A stretch of 64,000 bases of DNA from NCBI GenBank assembly GCA_964106915.2, contig OZ066923.1. One strand, 5' to 3'. Source of the DNA: Podarcis gaigeae (Eukaryota). The position numbers and the translations under genes were made by a program. The stretch's first letter is position 1. Every line of letters begins with the position of its first letter. The notes under the pieces were generated by a model. That model saw only the letters and a list, made by a program, of their open reading frames with translations, had not been told where the DNA came from and searched no databases. This document shows positions 1 to 11,340 of this stretch, piece after piece.

Positions 1-91
1 CACAGGCCGTGTGTCGCACCATGCATTTAAAGCACTTTTGTGATACTGTGTGTGATACAGTGTGCTTTTATGGTATCATAGCCCTTTTAGT

Positions 92-455
92 GGGACGCGG
101 GAGGCACTGTGGGTAAAACCTCAGCGCCTAGGGCTTGCCGATCGCATGATCGGCAGTTCGAATCCCCGCGGCGGGGTGAGCTCCCGTCTTTCGGTCCCAG
201 CTCCTGCCCACATAGCAGTTTGAAAGCACCCTTAAGTGCAAGTAGATAAATAGGTACCACTTTATAGCGGGAAGGTAAACGGCGTTTCTGTGTGCTGCGC
301 TGGTGCCAGCCTGCCAGAGCAGCTTCGTTACGCTGGCCACGTGACCCGGAAGTGTCTCCGGACAGCGCTGGCCCCCGGCCTCTTAAGTGAGATGGGCGCA
401 CAACCCTAGAGTCGGACACGACTGGCCCGTACGGGCAGGGGTACCTTTACCTTTA
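92..455 (+). mobile_element. Sauria (Squam1-type) SINE, full length, divergent variant
   Basis: tRNA-like head GGGACGCGGG..GTTCGAATCC, conserved body GTGCAAGTAGATAAATAGGTACC, (ACCTTT)n tail. Confidence 0.9.
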
Positions 456-790
456 GCCTGTTTAAGTATATGGTGTGATTATGGCCATAACATATAATCA
501 TAACATCTTACACATTATAGCAAGTTGTGACTTGAATGCTTGGAAGCCAAGATTATATATAAATACATTGTTTCTTGGATGAAACACTTAATGTTTTCTA
601 AAAGTAGAGTTTCAAAAAGAAGAATTAGGGTGATTATCCTTTTTCTCTCTCTTTTAAAGGAGGAGTGTGAAGAAAAGGCAGTTGAGGAGAGGTGAAAAAG
701 AAGAAAAGTTAGAAAGAGATAAAAAGAATTCTCAAAACTGTAGTTTGCAATGGGTGCTGGGAATTGTAGCTTTGTAGAGGGTAAACTATG

Positions 791-820
791 GTATTTTGTA
801 TTGTATTGTATTGTATTGCA
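791..820. repeat. (TATTG)n microsatellite
   Basis: gtattttgtattgtattgtattgtattg. Confidence 0.8.
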
Positions 821-1094
821 TTTTTTTACTGTAAGTTGCTTGGTGACCTTTGGGTGACAAGCAACTAATAAGTTTAATAAATCATCATCCTTAGTGACAG
901 ACTCAACCTGCATATAAGAGGTAGCCACTCCTCAGTTCTGTGCGTGTCCATCATGTGTTCTTGCAAGCACGCAGGAGATGCCTAAGTTCCTACAAGAATC
1001 TGGTACCCACATCCAAGATGTGTTAAGTGCAAACAGCCCTTAAGAATCTCACCTTTCTGCATGCGTACGAATGACAAATTGTGCAGTGGAGTGG

Positions 1095-1460
1095 AAAGGT
1101 TAAGGTAAAGGGACCCCTGACCATTAGGTCCAGTCGTGACCGACTCTGGGGTTGCAGCGCTCATCTTGTCTATGGGCGAAGGGAGTCGGCGTTTGTCCAC
1201 AGACAGCTTCCGGGTCATGTGGCCAGCATGACCAAGCCACTTCTGGTGAACCAGAGCAGCGCACAGAAACGCCGTTTACATTCCCGCCAGAGCGGTACCT
1301 ATTTATCTACTTGCACTTTGATGTGCTTTCGAACTGCTAGGTTGGCAGGAGCTGGGACCGAGCAACGGGAGCTCACCCCGTCGGGGGGATTCGAACCGCC
1401 GGCCTTCTGATCAGCAAGTCCTAGGCTCTGTGGTTTAACCCACAGCGCCACCCACGTCCC
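1095..1460 (-). mobile_element. Sauria SINE, full length
   Basis: Reverse complement of the SINE body; AAAGGT tail at left, GTCCC head at right. Confidence 0.92.
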
Positions 1461-1549
1461 TATGGAAAACAATGCAATAATTAAAACATGCCCAAGATCA
1501 AGTGCAATAGATTTAAATCCCTTGTCATCTAGTTCAGTACTGTCTACTC

Positions 1550-2024
1550 CAGTGGTTTTCAACCAGTGTGCGGGAGCACCCTTGGGTGCCCTGGGGGACC
1601 CTGGTCTCTATCCCTCTTCCCTTTGCTCCCTCCTCTGATGCCCTCTCATGTCTCTATCTCCCAGAGGCTTGCACAGCTGCTTGTTGCAGCAGTCCTTGCT
1701 ATAAATAAGCTCCTCAGGCGAATGGTGCCTCTGGGGCTCCCCAGGGAGTGCTTCCCAGGCCCCTGTGGGCACCTCTTTGGGGCAGGGGGGACAATACAGA
1801 GACCGGGGGGCAGCAGCAGCTGCCTGGAGGACTCCCAATGAGAAGGAAGAGGGGAGGAGGCTGGGGGAACACTCCACAAGGGGAGGGTATTCGAAAAAGG
1901 GTGAGGGGCTGCCGGCTCTGCAGGCAAGGGGTGTCATAACTGGGCTCCTGAGCCCCACAGGGGTGCCGTGGAAATAATGTAGTTGGTCAAGGGAGCCGTG
2001 GACCCAAAAAGGTTGAAAACCTCT
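1550..2024. mobile_element. hAT-like non-autonomous DNA transposon (MITE)
   Basis: Imperfect TIRs cagtggttttcaacc ... ggttgaaaacctcta; 8-bp TSD not preserved. Confidence 0.6.
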
Positions 2025-2361
2025 ATTTTGGATAAAATGACAGGAATGCTTTGAAAGCTGTGGGACCAGAGATTTACAGAAGATTGAAAGAAATATACAA
2101 ACTATTTGAAGAACAACTGTAATCAACAAATTACACTAGTAGGACTACAAGTAGTTTTGTAAGGAGGAATATATGAAACACTGCAAAGAAGAGAGACATT
2201 AGTTATGATATTTAAATGTAATAGTGAAAGGAAGAAATGTAAATTAAGTGAAAAGATTGGAAAATTTTCAGATGTGATTGATGGAAGCCAAAAAAAATCT
2301 GTATAAGATATAAAAGTATGTTTAATAATTGTTGAAAATGATATGAGAGGTGTGTGTGTGT

Positions 2362-2701
2362 GTAAAGGGACCCCTGACCATTCGGTCCAGTCGTGACTGA
2401 CTCTGGGGTTGCGGCACTCATCTCGCTCTATAGGCCGAAGGAGCCGGCGTACAGCTTCCGGGTCATGTGGCCAGCATGACTAAGCCGCTTCTGGAGAACC
2501 AGAGCAGCGCATGGAAATGCCATTTACCTTCCCACAGGAGTGGTACCTATTTATCTACTTGCACTTTGATGTGCTTTTGAACTGCTAAGTTGGCAGGAGC
2601 AGGGACCGAGCAACGGGAGCTCATCCCGTTGCAGGGATTCGAACCACCGACCTTCTGATCGGCAAGTCCTAGGCTCTGTGGTTTAACCTACAGTGCCACC
2701 C
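2362..2701 (-). mobile_element. Sauria SINE
   Basis: High similarity to the other copies in the window. Confidence 0.92.
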
Positions 2702-3694
2702 ATATATATACCTCTGATCTACTCCGACTATCACCGACTCTCTGTTGTCTCAGATAGCTTTCCTCAACACTACCTGGAGACACCTGGGGCCTTGCGCATG
2801 CAGGGCAGAAGTTCTTCCATTGAGCTGTTTTTCTCTCCTTAACAGAAAATGTCTGTCTAAATAGAAATGGCCGAGGTTCTGGAACACCTCCAGGTTTTTC
2901 CATAAATTGGATGTGACAGGTGAGGAATGCGTCATCATGGAGAGAATGCAGAAGGTGGGAGGCCTCTCTCCCTCACATAAAACTACGTCTTAGGGACTAT
3001 CCAATAAACCTGAGTTGCAAAAAGTTTCAGGAAGAAAACATAAAGACCCCCCAAAAAACTCCCAAGGTACCAATTTATCATTTGTGGGCTGGAACATCTG
3101 GCTAGCCACTGTGAGAATAGGCTGATGGGCGAGATGGGAGTCTGCTTTGATCCAGCAGGTCTCTTTGAACGCTCTTGAGATACAGAATTCACTACTACAA
3201 GACACTGCAAAGTTAATCTAAGCTGTGATTCTGGTCTGAGAAGTCTCATCTTAACAGGTCACTTATTCCCATTGTTTTAAACCAGAACATATCAATGTTC
3301 CAACAGAAAGCTGGCGAAAAACCAGTGCGGTCCCTTTTGCGAATAACAGTGTAAAACTGATCGCCGGCAGGCCCTTGGTAAAAACCTTGAGTCTATTTAA
3401 CACAATGCCAGATTTATATAGGCAAAACTTCTGTGCCACATATAGATGGAAGCTTAAGTTTATTCAAGTCAGTAGGATCTTAGTGCTGTTACTTAAGTGA
3501 CATGTATATTTAATAAATGTATATTTAAGGTGTAAATTTGGTACCAATATTGCAAAAGAAGATACCAAGAGCCCTGCTGAATCAGCCCAAAGTCCCAATG
3601 AGTCCAACAGTTGCCTATGGAAAGCTTTGCAGCAGCATCACATACCCTCTGAAGAGTGGGCTTGCGAAAAGACGGAGTGCAAGTATGCAATGAA

Positions 3695-4010
3695 AAATTA
3701 AAAGATTTTATTAATTCTTTTTTTAAAAGATTCATGTTTACTAGCCTGGAGTATGAGTGTGTAATAAAAAAAAATTAAAAGGTTTTATTAATTCTTTTTA
3801 AAGGATCCTAGTTAACTAGCTTGGACAATAAGAAAAATAAAAGATTTTATTAATTATTTTTAAAAAGATTCTAGTTTACTAGCTTGGAGTACATAATAAA
3901 AAAAAGATTTTTTAATGACTCTAGTTTACTAGCTCAGAGTATGAATACATGATAATAAATTGAAAGATTTTATTAATTCTTTACTGAAGATTCTAGTTTA
4001 CTAGCTTTTT
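3695..4010. repeat. AT-rich imperfect tandem repeat, ~5 units of 60-77 bp
   Basis: Recurrent aaagattttattaattc...ctagtttactagc unit near 3701, 3778, 3840, 3903 and 3963. Confidence 0.8.
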
Positions 4011-5142
4011 TAAAAAGACTGAACACATTCACAGAGGGTCTCGATGGTTTTTAGCCGTGATAGCTAAATGGGCCCTCCATAGCCACAAGCAGTCTATCTC
4101 ATAGGAAAATAGGAAGTTGCTTTATATAGAGTCAAACCATTAGTCCATCTAGCACAGTACTGTCTACCCAGGCTGGCAGCAGAGTCAGCCAGGAGATGGT
4201 GTGGGTTGAACCAGGACCGTTTTGCGCGAAAACCTTCTGCTACAGGGGGGGGGGTGTCAACCCTTTTGCCTTCGTAGTCAGGCAGGAGTGCAAATACCAC
4301 CGGCAACGACCAGCTCCATGCCTAACTATCTTGGTACTGGATCCATTCCTCAGCCGTGATTTGACCACAAAAACCCTTCGGACTCCAAGTGTGTCCGAGC
4401 CAAGAGAGGCAATAAAGCCCTAGCACTAGGATCTGCGCTCATCTCCAAAGGTGATCCCTTGCCCTCCAACATTAACAATATCGTGCGTATGTGAAACCTG
4501 GACTTTGGAGCAGTTTGTGCCCATTTGAGCACAGCTCTCTGACCCTTAGATGGAAGATTTTGAGCTGGGTGAGGGTTCACCTATCCCCTCGTCCCATCTC
4601 TGTGGGATTGGCTGGTGGCCCAGGAGGGAGGGAGGAAACCTTCACTTGGCTCCGAGCAACAGAGTAAACGGCAAAGGGCAGGCCACGCGATGCAGACTGC
4701 ATGGACATTCATCCAAGCCAAGCCTTCCCATAGAGCAGGGAGACAGGTGCTGGCTGGCCATGCTCCAAGAGCACACTGGTCGGTGCGTCAAGCAGGGAAC
4801 ATGTTTTTCCCAGTCCTCCCCTCCAGCCTTTCCCCATGGCTGACATTAAGCATCTCCCCATTTCTCCAGGAGTTTTTCTTAATTAAAAAGGGGGAAAGGC
4901 AAACCTTGAACTGATCAGGAGCTCATGGTTTTGCTTAGCCAATTCCAAGGGCCTTGGGAAAAAAAAAGAGTTGGATGTGTTCTTTGGGCCTGTTTTGCTC
5001 AGCCCTAAATTGTTGATTTTCTTCCCAGTGACTCTGACAAAGATACTGCCGGAGCCAATGCAGTCATTCTTATTCACATGGAGAGGGTCCAGCTTTCCCA
5101 GCTATCTAATTGCACAGCCTCTGGCAAGACACATTTTTATGC

Positions 5143-5345
5143 CGGCCTCAGTTTCTCATCTGTAAAATGGGAATGTTTGGGGCCTGCCTTGCAGATGGAC
5201 TACAGGGTGTGAAAATGGAATGTTCTTGTAAAACACTGCTTGCAAAGCACTTCATTGCTTTGTTGTTGTTTTAAAATGGGCCCACCCTATAAGAATCCTA
5301 TGATGTTCTCTATTGCTCCCATTTTACAGGTAAGGGAACTGAGGA
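5143..5345. mobile_element. Two MIR/CORE-SINE core remnants in inverted orientation
   Basis: ggcctcagtttctcatctgtaaaatggg (+) and cccattttacaggtaagggaactgagg (-) match the MIR core. Confidence 0.65.
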
Positions 5346-5521
5346 TGACAGTGGGAGTGAGAATGTGACTCGCCTCAGGCCGCAGAATGACTCTGTGGCA
5401 AAGATGGGTCAGAAATCCTGGTGCCTCTATTCAACAGATCCTGATAGCTTTCACTTTACAGTAATTGAAAACACATGGGGTGAGGGTCCGTTCCTAATTA
5501 ATGCAACATACCTGCTTTATA

Positions 5522-5858
5522 GGGACATGGGTGGCACTGTGGGTTATGACTTGCCGATCAGAAGGTCAGTGGTTCGAATCCCTGCAGCGGGGTGAGCTCC
5601 CATTGCTCGGTCCCTGCTCCTGCCAACCTAGCAGTTCAAAAGCATGTCAAAGTGCAAGTAGATCAATAGGTACTGTTCCAGCGGGAAAGTAAACGGCGTT
5701 TCCGTGTGCTGCTCTGGTTTGCCAGAAGCGGCTTGGTCATGCTGGCCACATGACCCAAAAGCTGTACACTGGCTCCCTTGGCTAATAAAGTGAGATGAGT
5801 GCCCCAACCCCAGAGTCGGTCACGACTGGACCTAATGGTCAAGGGTCCCTTTACCTTT
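5522..5858 (+). mobile_element. Sauria SINE
   Basis: GGGACATGGGTGGC head to CCCTTTACCTTT tail. Confidence 0.92.
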
Positions 5859-6375
5859 TTGCCTGCTTTATAAGTTGTGCACATATGCTTTATAGTTTGC
5901 ACTGCTGTTCTTGTGCCCTTTTTACAGAGTGATCCTGCACAGCCAAAGGCTGAATAGGAAGAATCTGTGGCAGAGGTGAGGTCTGGACCCAGGAGATTAA
6001 AAATCATAAATTTGATGTATTGAGGCTGGGTTGGAAGCATGTGGGGCAGGGGGGAGAGATATTCCAGAAACATCTGGAGGAGGCCAATTGCAGAGGAAAC
6101 AGAAATGAAAGGAAAACAAAGTAGACTTGAATCAGCTCAGGACTGTCATTTCCTCTGGGCTGCAGCGGGGGGGGGGGAGAGAAGGGCTACTCTCTGGGGA
6201 GGAGGGAGTGAATGATGTGGAGAGAAGCAGGAGGGAGAGTAAAGGGAGATGTTAACAGAGACATTGAATGCACTTTTATTACTAATAGTAATAATAATAA
6301 TAACATAATTATCAAAAAAGATATAGGGATAAATGAATGATACATGCAGATATGTATTTAGACATAGGGTTAAAT

Positions 6376-6747
6376 GTAAAAAGGTAAAGGACCCCTGGAT
6401 GGTTAAGTCCAGTCAAAGGCGACTATGGGGTTCCAGCACTCATCTCGCTTTCAGGCTAAGGGAGCCAGTGTTTGTCCACAGACAGCTTTTCGGGTCATGT
6501 GGCCAGCATGACCAAACCACTTCTGGCACAACGGGACACCGAAACCAGAGCAGTGCACGGAAACGCCGTTTACCTTCCTGCCACAGTGGTACATGTTTAT
6601 CTACTTGCACTGGCGTGCTTTCAAACTGCTAGGTTGGCAGGAGCTGGGACAGAGCAATGGGAGCTCACTCTGTTGCAGGGATTCAAACCGCCGACCTTCT
6701 GATTAGCAAGCCCAGGAGGCTCAGTGGTTTAGACCACAGCGCCACCC
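6376..6747 (-). mobile_element. Sauria SINE
   Basis: Reverse-complement SINE body; similar flanks (atagggWtaaatgta) on both sides. Confidence 0.9.
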
Positions 6748-8169
6748 TATACATTTATAGGGATAAATGTATTTCGATATAGACAACGTGCTATTGTTTA
6801 TACGGACCATGAGTTGTGGGGGTGGCTGGGAGATAAATCCAACAACGTATATTTTATGAATTACTGAAAAAGGTGAAGGAGGGCAGCATTGCAAAGCTCC
6901 AAAACCCCATCTTTTCCCTGGCCAAACCCTCTGCCAACAACCCAAGGAAGACCATTACACTTCAACCTCCCCCTTCCCCAGCAATTCTCTGCCACTTTCA
7001 CACAACCGGGGCAGCAGACAGGGACGTAATCCCTGCAGTTTTGCCAGTACTGAATGTGGCAAACTTTAGAGGTGGGTCCCAAGTAAGAAAATGTACATGT
7101 AGAGACAGTGACACAGACAAGAAAGGAGGGGGAGATAGAGAACAAAAGAAGGGAAGTGTATCGAAGAAGGCGTATCCGAGCTCCAGTGCGGTATAGCCAT
7201 TATCGAGTGTTGCACTACGACCCGGGAGTCCAGGGTTTGTGCATTCAATAAATATGAACCAGAGGTCAGGGAAATAAAAGCGGGGGCAGCAATAATCTTT
7301 GCATTCAGCTTGTGAAGGCAGCACGTGGCGGGCGGAAACCGGCCACACAATTGTAGGCCAGACAGAATAGATCGGAAATTCTTGCAACCAGCTTTCCCTT
7401 CCTCTTGCGCCCACCCACGCACCCCCCCCCCAGCAAAAAACAAAATCTCCAATAGTACTCTTTGTATCTCCGTTATTCAGACTTGGCACCAGGGCAATAC
7501 AGGAAGATGACAGCAGCAAACAAAAGAGAGGGATTGCAGTCTCAAGGCAAAACATTTCGGCCTGTCTTCTCCAGCTGCTCTGATGTGTAACCAAAGGGTG
7601 CTGTGCGGCCAAGGTGGCCTTCCTGGCACCCTTGCATCACCCTTTGATTGACAGCACAGCAGCACATTCTGCTCTTTATGGCTTTAATATCTTTGCTTTG
7701 TAAATAACAGCATCCTAGCAGCCAGCGGCACCCTTCCACAAGGCTTCCGGAGCAAACTTGTCCGGCATGTCCTTTTCAATGCTTTGAAAACTACCTCTCC
7801 CGCACACAGCACAGGATTGCAGCCTGGAGAGTATTTATAAAAGGCCACATGCTTTATCTCTCGCTCTGATACAGATAAGCCCATCATTTCCATCCGCTCA
7901 GGCTGCCATCCTGCGGGAGTTCCTTCTGCAAAGCTGCAGTGTCACAACTTGACTTCGCTTCTTATGCCGACGAATTAGCTCGGGGTTACTGTTTTGGGGG
8001 AAGAGCGTCTGTTATAAAGGCGATGTAAAAATAAAACCACCCTACCCAAAAATTGACGCACTGTTTGGAAATCAGTATCTACTGAAACCATGAGAGAAGC
8101 TGGAAGGAGCTTCAGAGGGAAATGTCCTATGCTCCATCAAGTTTTTAATTTCTTCTTATCATAAAGGAG

Positions 8170-9260
8170 CGCGACGAAGGGGAGGCAGGATTCATCCCGA
8201 GGGCTAGCCCCGGCCTCCTACGAAGGAGCGGCAAGCGCGCCCTTCCCTGCTGCTGGGTGTCCCCGTGTGCCCTTGGGCTGCCCAGCTGCGCAGCTCGCCA
8301 GGGGTGCCCGGCTGGCACTCACTCACCTGAATCCGGCCACGGCGCTGCGGTTCCTCCGCCAGGCTCTGCCTTGCTGCAACAGGACTCCCTGCACGACCTC
8401 CTTCTCGTCGGGCAGCCGGTAGACGGGGAAGATGTACAGCCAGCAGAGGACAAAGAAGCCCAGGGCGCTGGCGCCCACCGGCAGCCGGGTGCGGGGGCCT
8501 TTGCACGCCAGGAGACCCACCGCCATCCTCCGATGCCGTTTCCCCGCCTTCCAGTCGCTCATCGGGAGCCAGCGGGCAGCTCCCGGCGCCGCAGGAGCCG
8601 CAGTCCCGACCACCACCTCATCCTCCGGGGGCGAAGAAGCGCCCCATGGCCAGGGCGCCGCCGCCGAAAACAGCAGCAGCAGGAGCAGCGCGTTCCTCTC
8701 CCTCGCCGATGCGCCCAGGCGCGCCGTTCCTCCTCCTCCTCCTCCTCCTCCTTGTGCTGCTGCTGCTTAAAGACGCCGAGGAAAGGGGTGGGGGCTGCAA
8801 GGAGGAGGGAGGGCGGGCAAGCCCACGGGCCCCCCCATGGTTCATCCGGCCTTGCAAAGCCTTCGCCGCCTCCCTCCGCGATTTCTAAAGAGAGAGAAAG
8901 AGAAAGCAGAGCGCAGCTCGCATGTGCTGCCCGGCTCGCTGTGCAAAGCGCAGCGGCGTCCCGACGGAGCGGCAACCCGCCCGGGTCCTCTCCTTGTCGG
9001 CTGCGAGTCTGGGGAGGGGAGGGGAGGGGTTGGGATCCTCGAGGCTGAAAAGCAGCGTAAGGAAAGGGGGGAGGGGGACAGAAGGGGGTGTGGCGGCGGC
9101 GGCGGCGTCTGGCTACGACGCGCGGAGGCTCTGCCGGGTTCCTGCGCGCCACAAGCGCGCCCTAGCCAAGATAAGAATGATCTCTTTTTCCCGTGCGCAT
9201 TCACCCACAAATCACACCCACCCGCCCACATAGAAAGGCAACGGGAGAGGGGTGGGCTTG
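8170..9260. promoter_or_regulatory. CpG island / ST8SIA1 promoter and 5' UTR region
   Basis: Very GC- and CpG-rich relative to the flanks; overlaps the first coding exon. Confidence 0.85.
8327..8562 (-). CDS. ST8SIA1: ST8SIA1 (alpha-2,8-sialyltransferase, GD3 synthase) coding exon 1
   Basis: Translates MSDWKAGKRHRRMAVGLLACKGPRTRLPVGASALGFFVLCWLYIFPVYRLPDEKEVVQGVLLQQGRAWRRNRSAVAGF(R), matching the recalled ST8SIA1 N-terminus and TM anchor (PRTRLPxGASAL..VLCWLYIFPVYRLP); ends at donor AG|GTGAGT; second in-frame ATG at 8526; syntenic with C2CD5. Confidence 0.95.
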
Positions 9261-9848
9261 GCCACTTCGTCTCTCCGCTTTTCTCTTTCTTTTGTTGCTC
9301 TCGAGCTTTCTGCCGCAGGCAAAAAAATGTAAAAATGAAAGATTTGGAGCAGCCAGCAGAGGAAAAAGAAAAGAGGCGAAGCGAGGGGTATTATTCCTAA
9401 AGAAAGAAAACGGGGATTTCTAAGGGGGTGGGGGTGGAGTTCATGATATCAAAAGCTTCTATTGTTTTCCAAAGATAAAGCGGTCAGGGGGGGAGCCGAG
9501 TTGATGTCTAACAATAAAGAAACGTCGAGGAGGGGTGGCGAGAAGATCGCGCCTTCTTGAGGATTTGGGGGGGGGGGGTTGAGAGGAGAAACGGGGCAGC
9601 TGGAAATCTTGGCCGAGGTGAGAGCGCTGCTGGGGAACACTAGCAGCCTTCTGCTGAATCAGATGCCTGCTCCGTCTAGCTCGGCATTGTCTACAAAGGG
9701 AGGGTCGCTGGTGGCGCTTCAGAGCGAGGGCAACATTCTCGTCTCTGCGTCCTTCCGCGGGCCGCATGCCAGGGCTGGGCGGCGTTAAAGTGCAAATTAA
9801 TGTATGTAATGGAAGTGTTACCTTGGTGCAGTAGGCTAGTTTCTACAC

Positions 9849-10194
9849 ACCCCTGACCCCTGCCAATTAGGTCCAGTCGTGACCGACTCTGGGGTTGTGG
9901 CGCTCATCTCGCTTTACTGGCCGAGGGAGCCGGCGTACAGCTTCCGGGTCATGTGGCCGGCATGACTAAGCCGCTTCTGGCGAACCAGAGCAGCGCACAG
10001 AAACGCCATTTACCTTCCCGCCAGAGTGGTACCTATTTATCTACTTGCACTTTGATGTGCTTTTGAACTGCTAGGTTGGCAGGAGCAGGGACCGAGCAAT
10101 GGGAGCTCACTCCGTTGCGGGGATTCAAACCGCCGACCTTCTGATCAGCAAGCCCTAGGCTCTGTGGTTTAGACCACAGCGCCACCCATGTCCC
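9849..10194 (-). mobile_element. Sauria SINE
   Basis: SINE body; flanking direct repeat gtttctacac. Confidence 0.92.
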
Positions 10195-10565
10195 TTGTTT
10201 CTACACCCACACACCCTCTATTCTTAAGAAAACACCAGGTAAGTTCAAGGACACTGTCCAGCCTGGGAAAAAGCACTCAAGGAAGGTATAGGGTAGGGTT
10301 GCTTAGGGGTGTGACCTGGGTGTGACTCGGGAAACATCATTTGGCCCCAGCCTGGGGTTTCCCCACCTGTGGTCTGCCTTGGCTGACAGTAGCTCTCTAG
10401 GATATCATTCAGGGGGTAATCCTAGCCCTACCTGAAGACACCGGGGATTGGATTTTCTGTTTACCTCAGTTACAAATGCCAGGTGTGCTGCACACCTTGT
10501 ACCAATGCAAGGCGGTCTGTGTGTTCCAGCAGTCTTTGGGGTTCCAACCCCACATTGGGGAAAAG

Positions 10566-10638
10566 ATTCCTGCATTGCAGGGGTTGGGCTAGATGACCCC
10601 CATGGCCCCTTCCAACGCTACACGTCTATGATTCTATG
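10566..10638 (+). mobile_element. CR1 LINE 3' end fragment
   Basis: ttcctgcattgcaggggttgg..ctagatgacc..cccttccaac..(ctatgatt) CR1 tail. Confidence 0.75.
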
Positions 10639-10662
10639 TACCTGAAACCCACATAGCTCCCT

Positions 10663-11167
10663 AAAGGTAAAGGGACCGCTCAGTGGCGTAGCGTGGGTTG
10701 TCAGCACCCGGGGCAAGGCAAGTAATTTGTGCCCCCTAACCCGTGGATTTGCACACCTAACCCTAACCCCCAGATGTTGCGCTCGGTGCAGCCGCACCCC
10801 CCGCACCCCCCACGCTACGCCACTGGGACCGCTAACCATTAGGTCCAGTCGTTACCAACTCTAGGGTTGCGGAGCTCATCTCGCTTTACTGGTCGAGGGA
10901 GCCGGCGTACAGCTTCCGGGTCATGAGGCCAGCATGACTAAGCCACTTCTGGCGAACCAGAGCAGCGCACGAAAACGCCGTTTACCTTCCTGCCGGAGCG
11001 GTACCTATTTAACTACTTACACTTTGACATGCTTTCAAACTGCTAGGTGGGCAGGAGCAGGGACCGAGCAACGGGAGCTGACCCCTGTCGCAGGGATTCG
11101 AACCACCGACCTTCTGATCGGCAAGTCCTAGGCTCTGTGGTTTAACCCACAGCGCCACCTGCGTCCC
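10663..11167 (-). mobile_element. Sauria SINE interrupted by a hAT MITE
   Basis: SINE flanked by TSD cacatagcYccctaa; interrupted at 10681-10825. Confidence 0.9.
10681..10825. mobile_element. 145-bp hAT MITE nested in a SINE
   Basis: Perfect 17-bp TIRs cagtggcgtagcgtggg/cccacgctacgccactg and perfect 8-bp TSD ggaccgct (10673-10680, 10826-10833). Confidence 0.92.
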
Positions 11168-11340
11168 TCACATAGCCCCCTAACAGTTAATTGTCTTCTA
11201 CCTCCCTCCACACTCCATCTTGATACTCTGGGTGGTAGTCAACTGGGTGGTACCCAAAATAGAGCCATTGAAACTAATTCACAGGAGGCCCATTAATTTA
11301 AACAGGCTTACTACTGAGTAAAACAGAAGAATACCACTCT

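Noticed and set aside
87-6702. Recurrent similar short ORFs (e.g. MTKPLL..., YLFIYLH...)
   Set aside because: Incidental translations of Sauria SINE copies, not a gene family
8204-9423. Several long overlapping ORFs (up to 263 aa) on both strands
   Set aside because: Stop-poor GC-rich CpG island giving low-complexity translations; only the ST8SIA1 frame has recognisable homology
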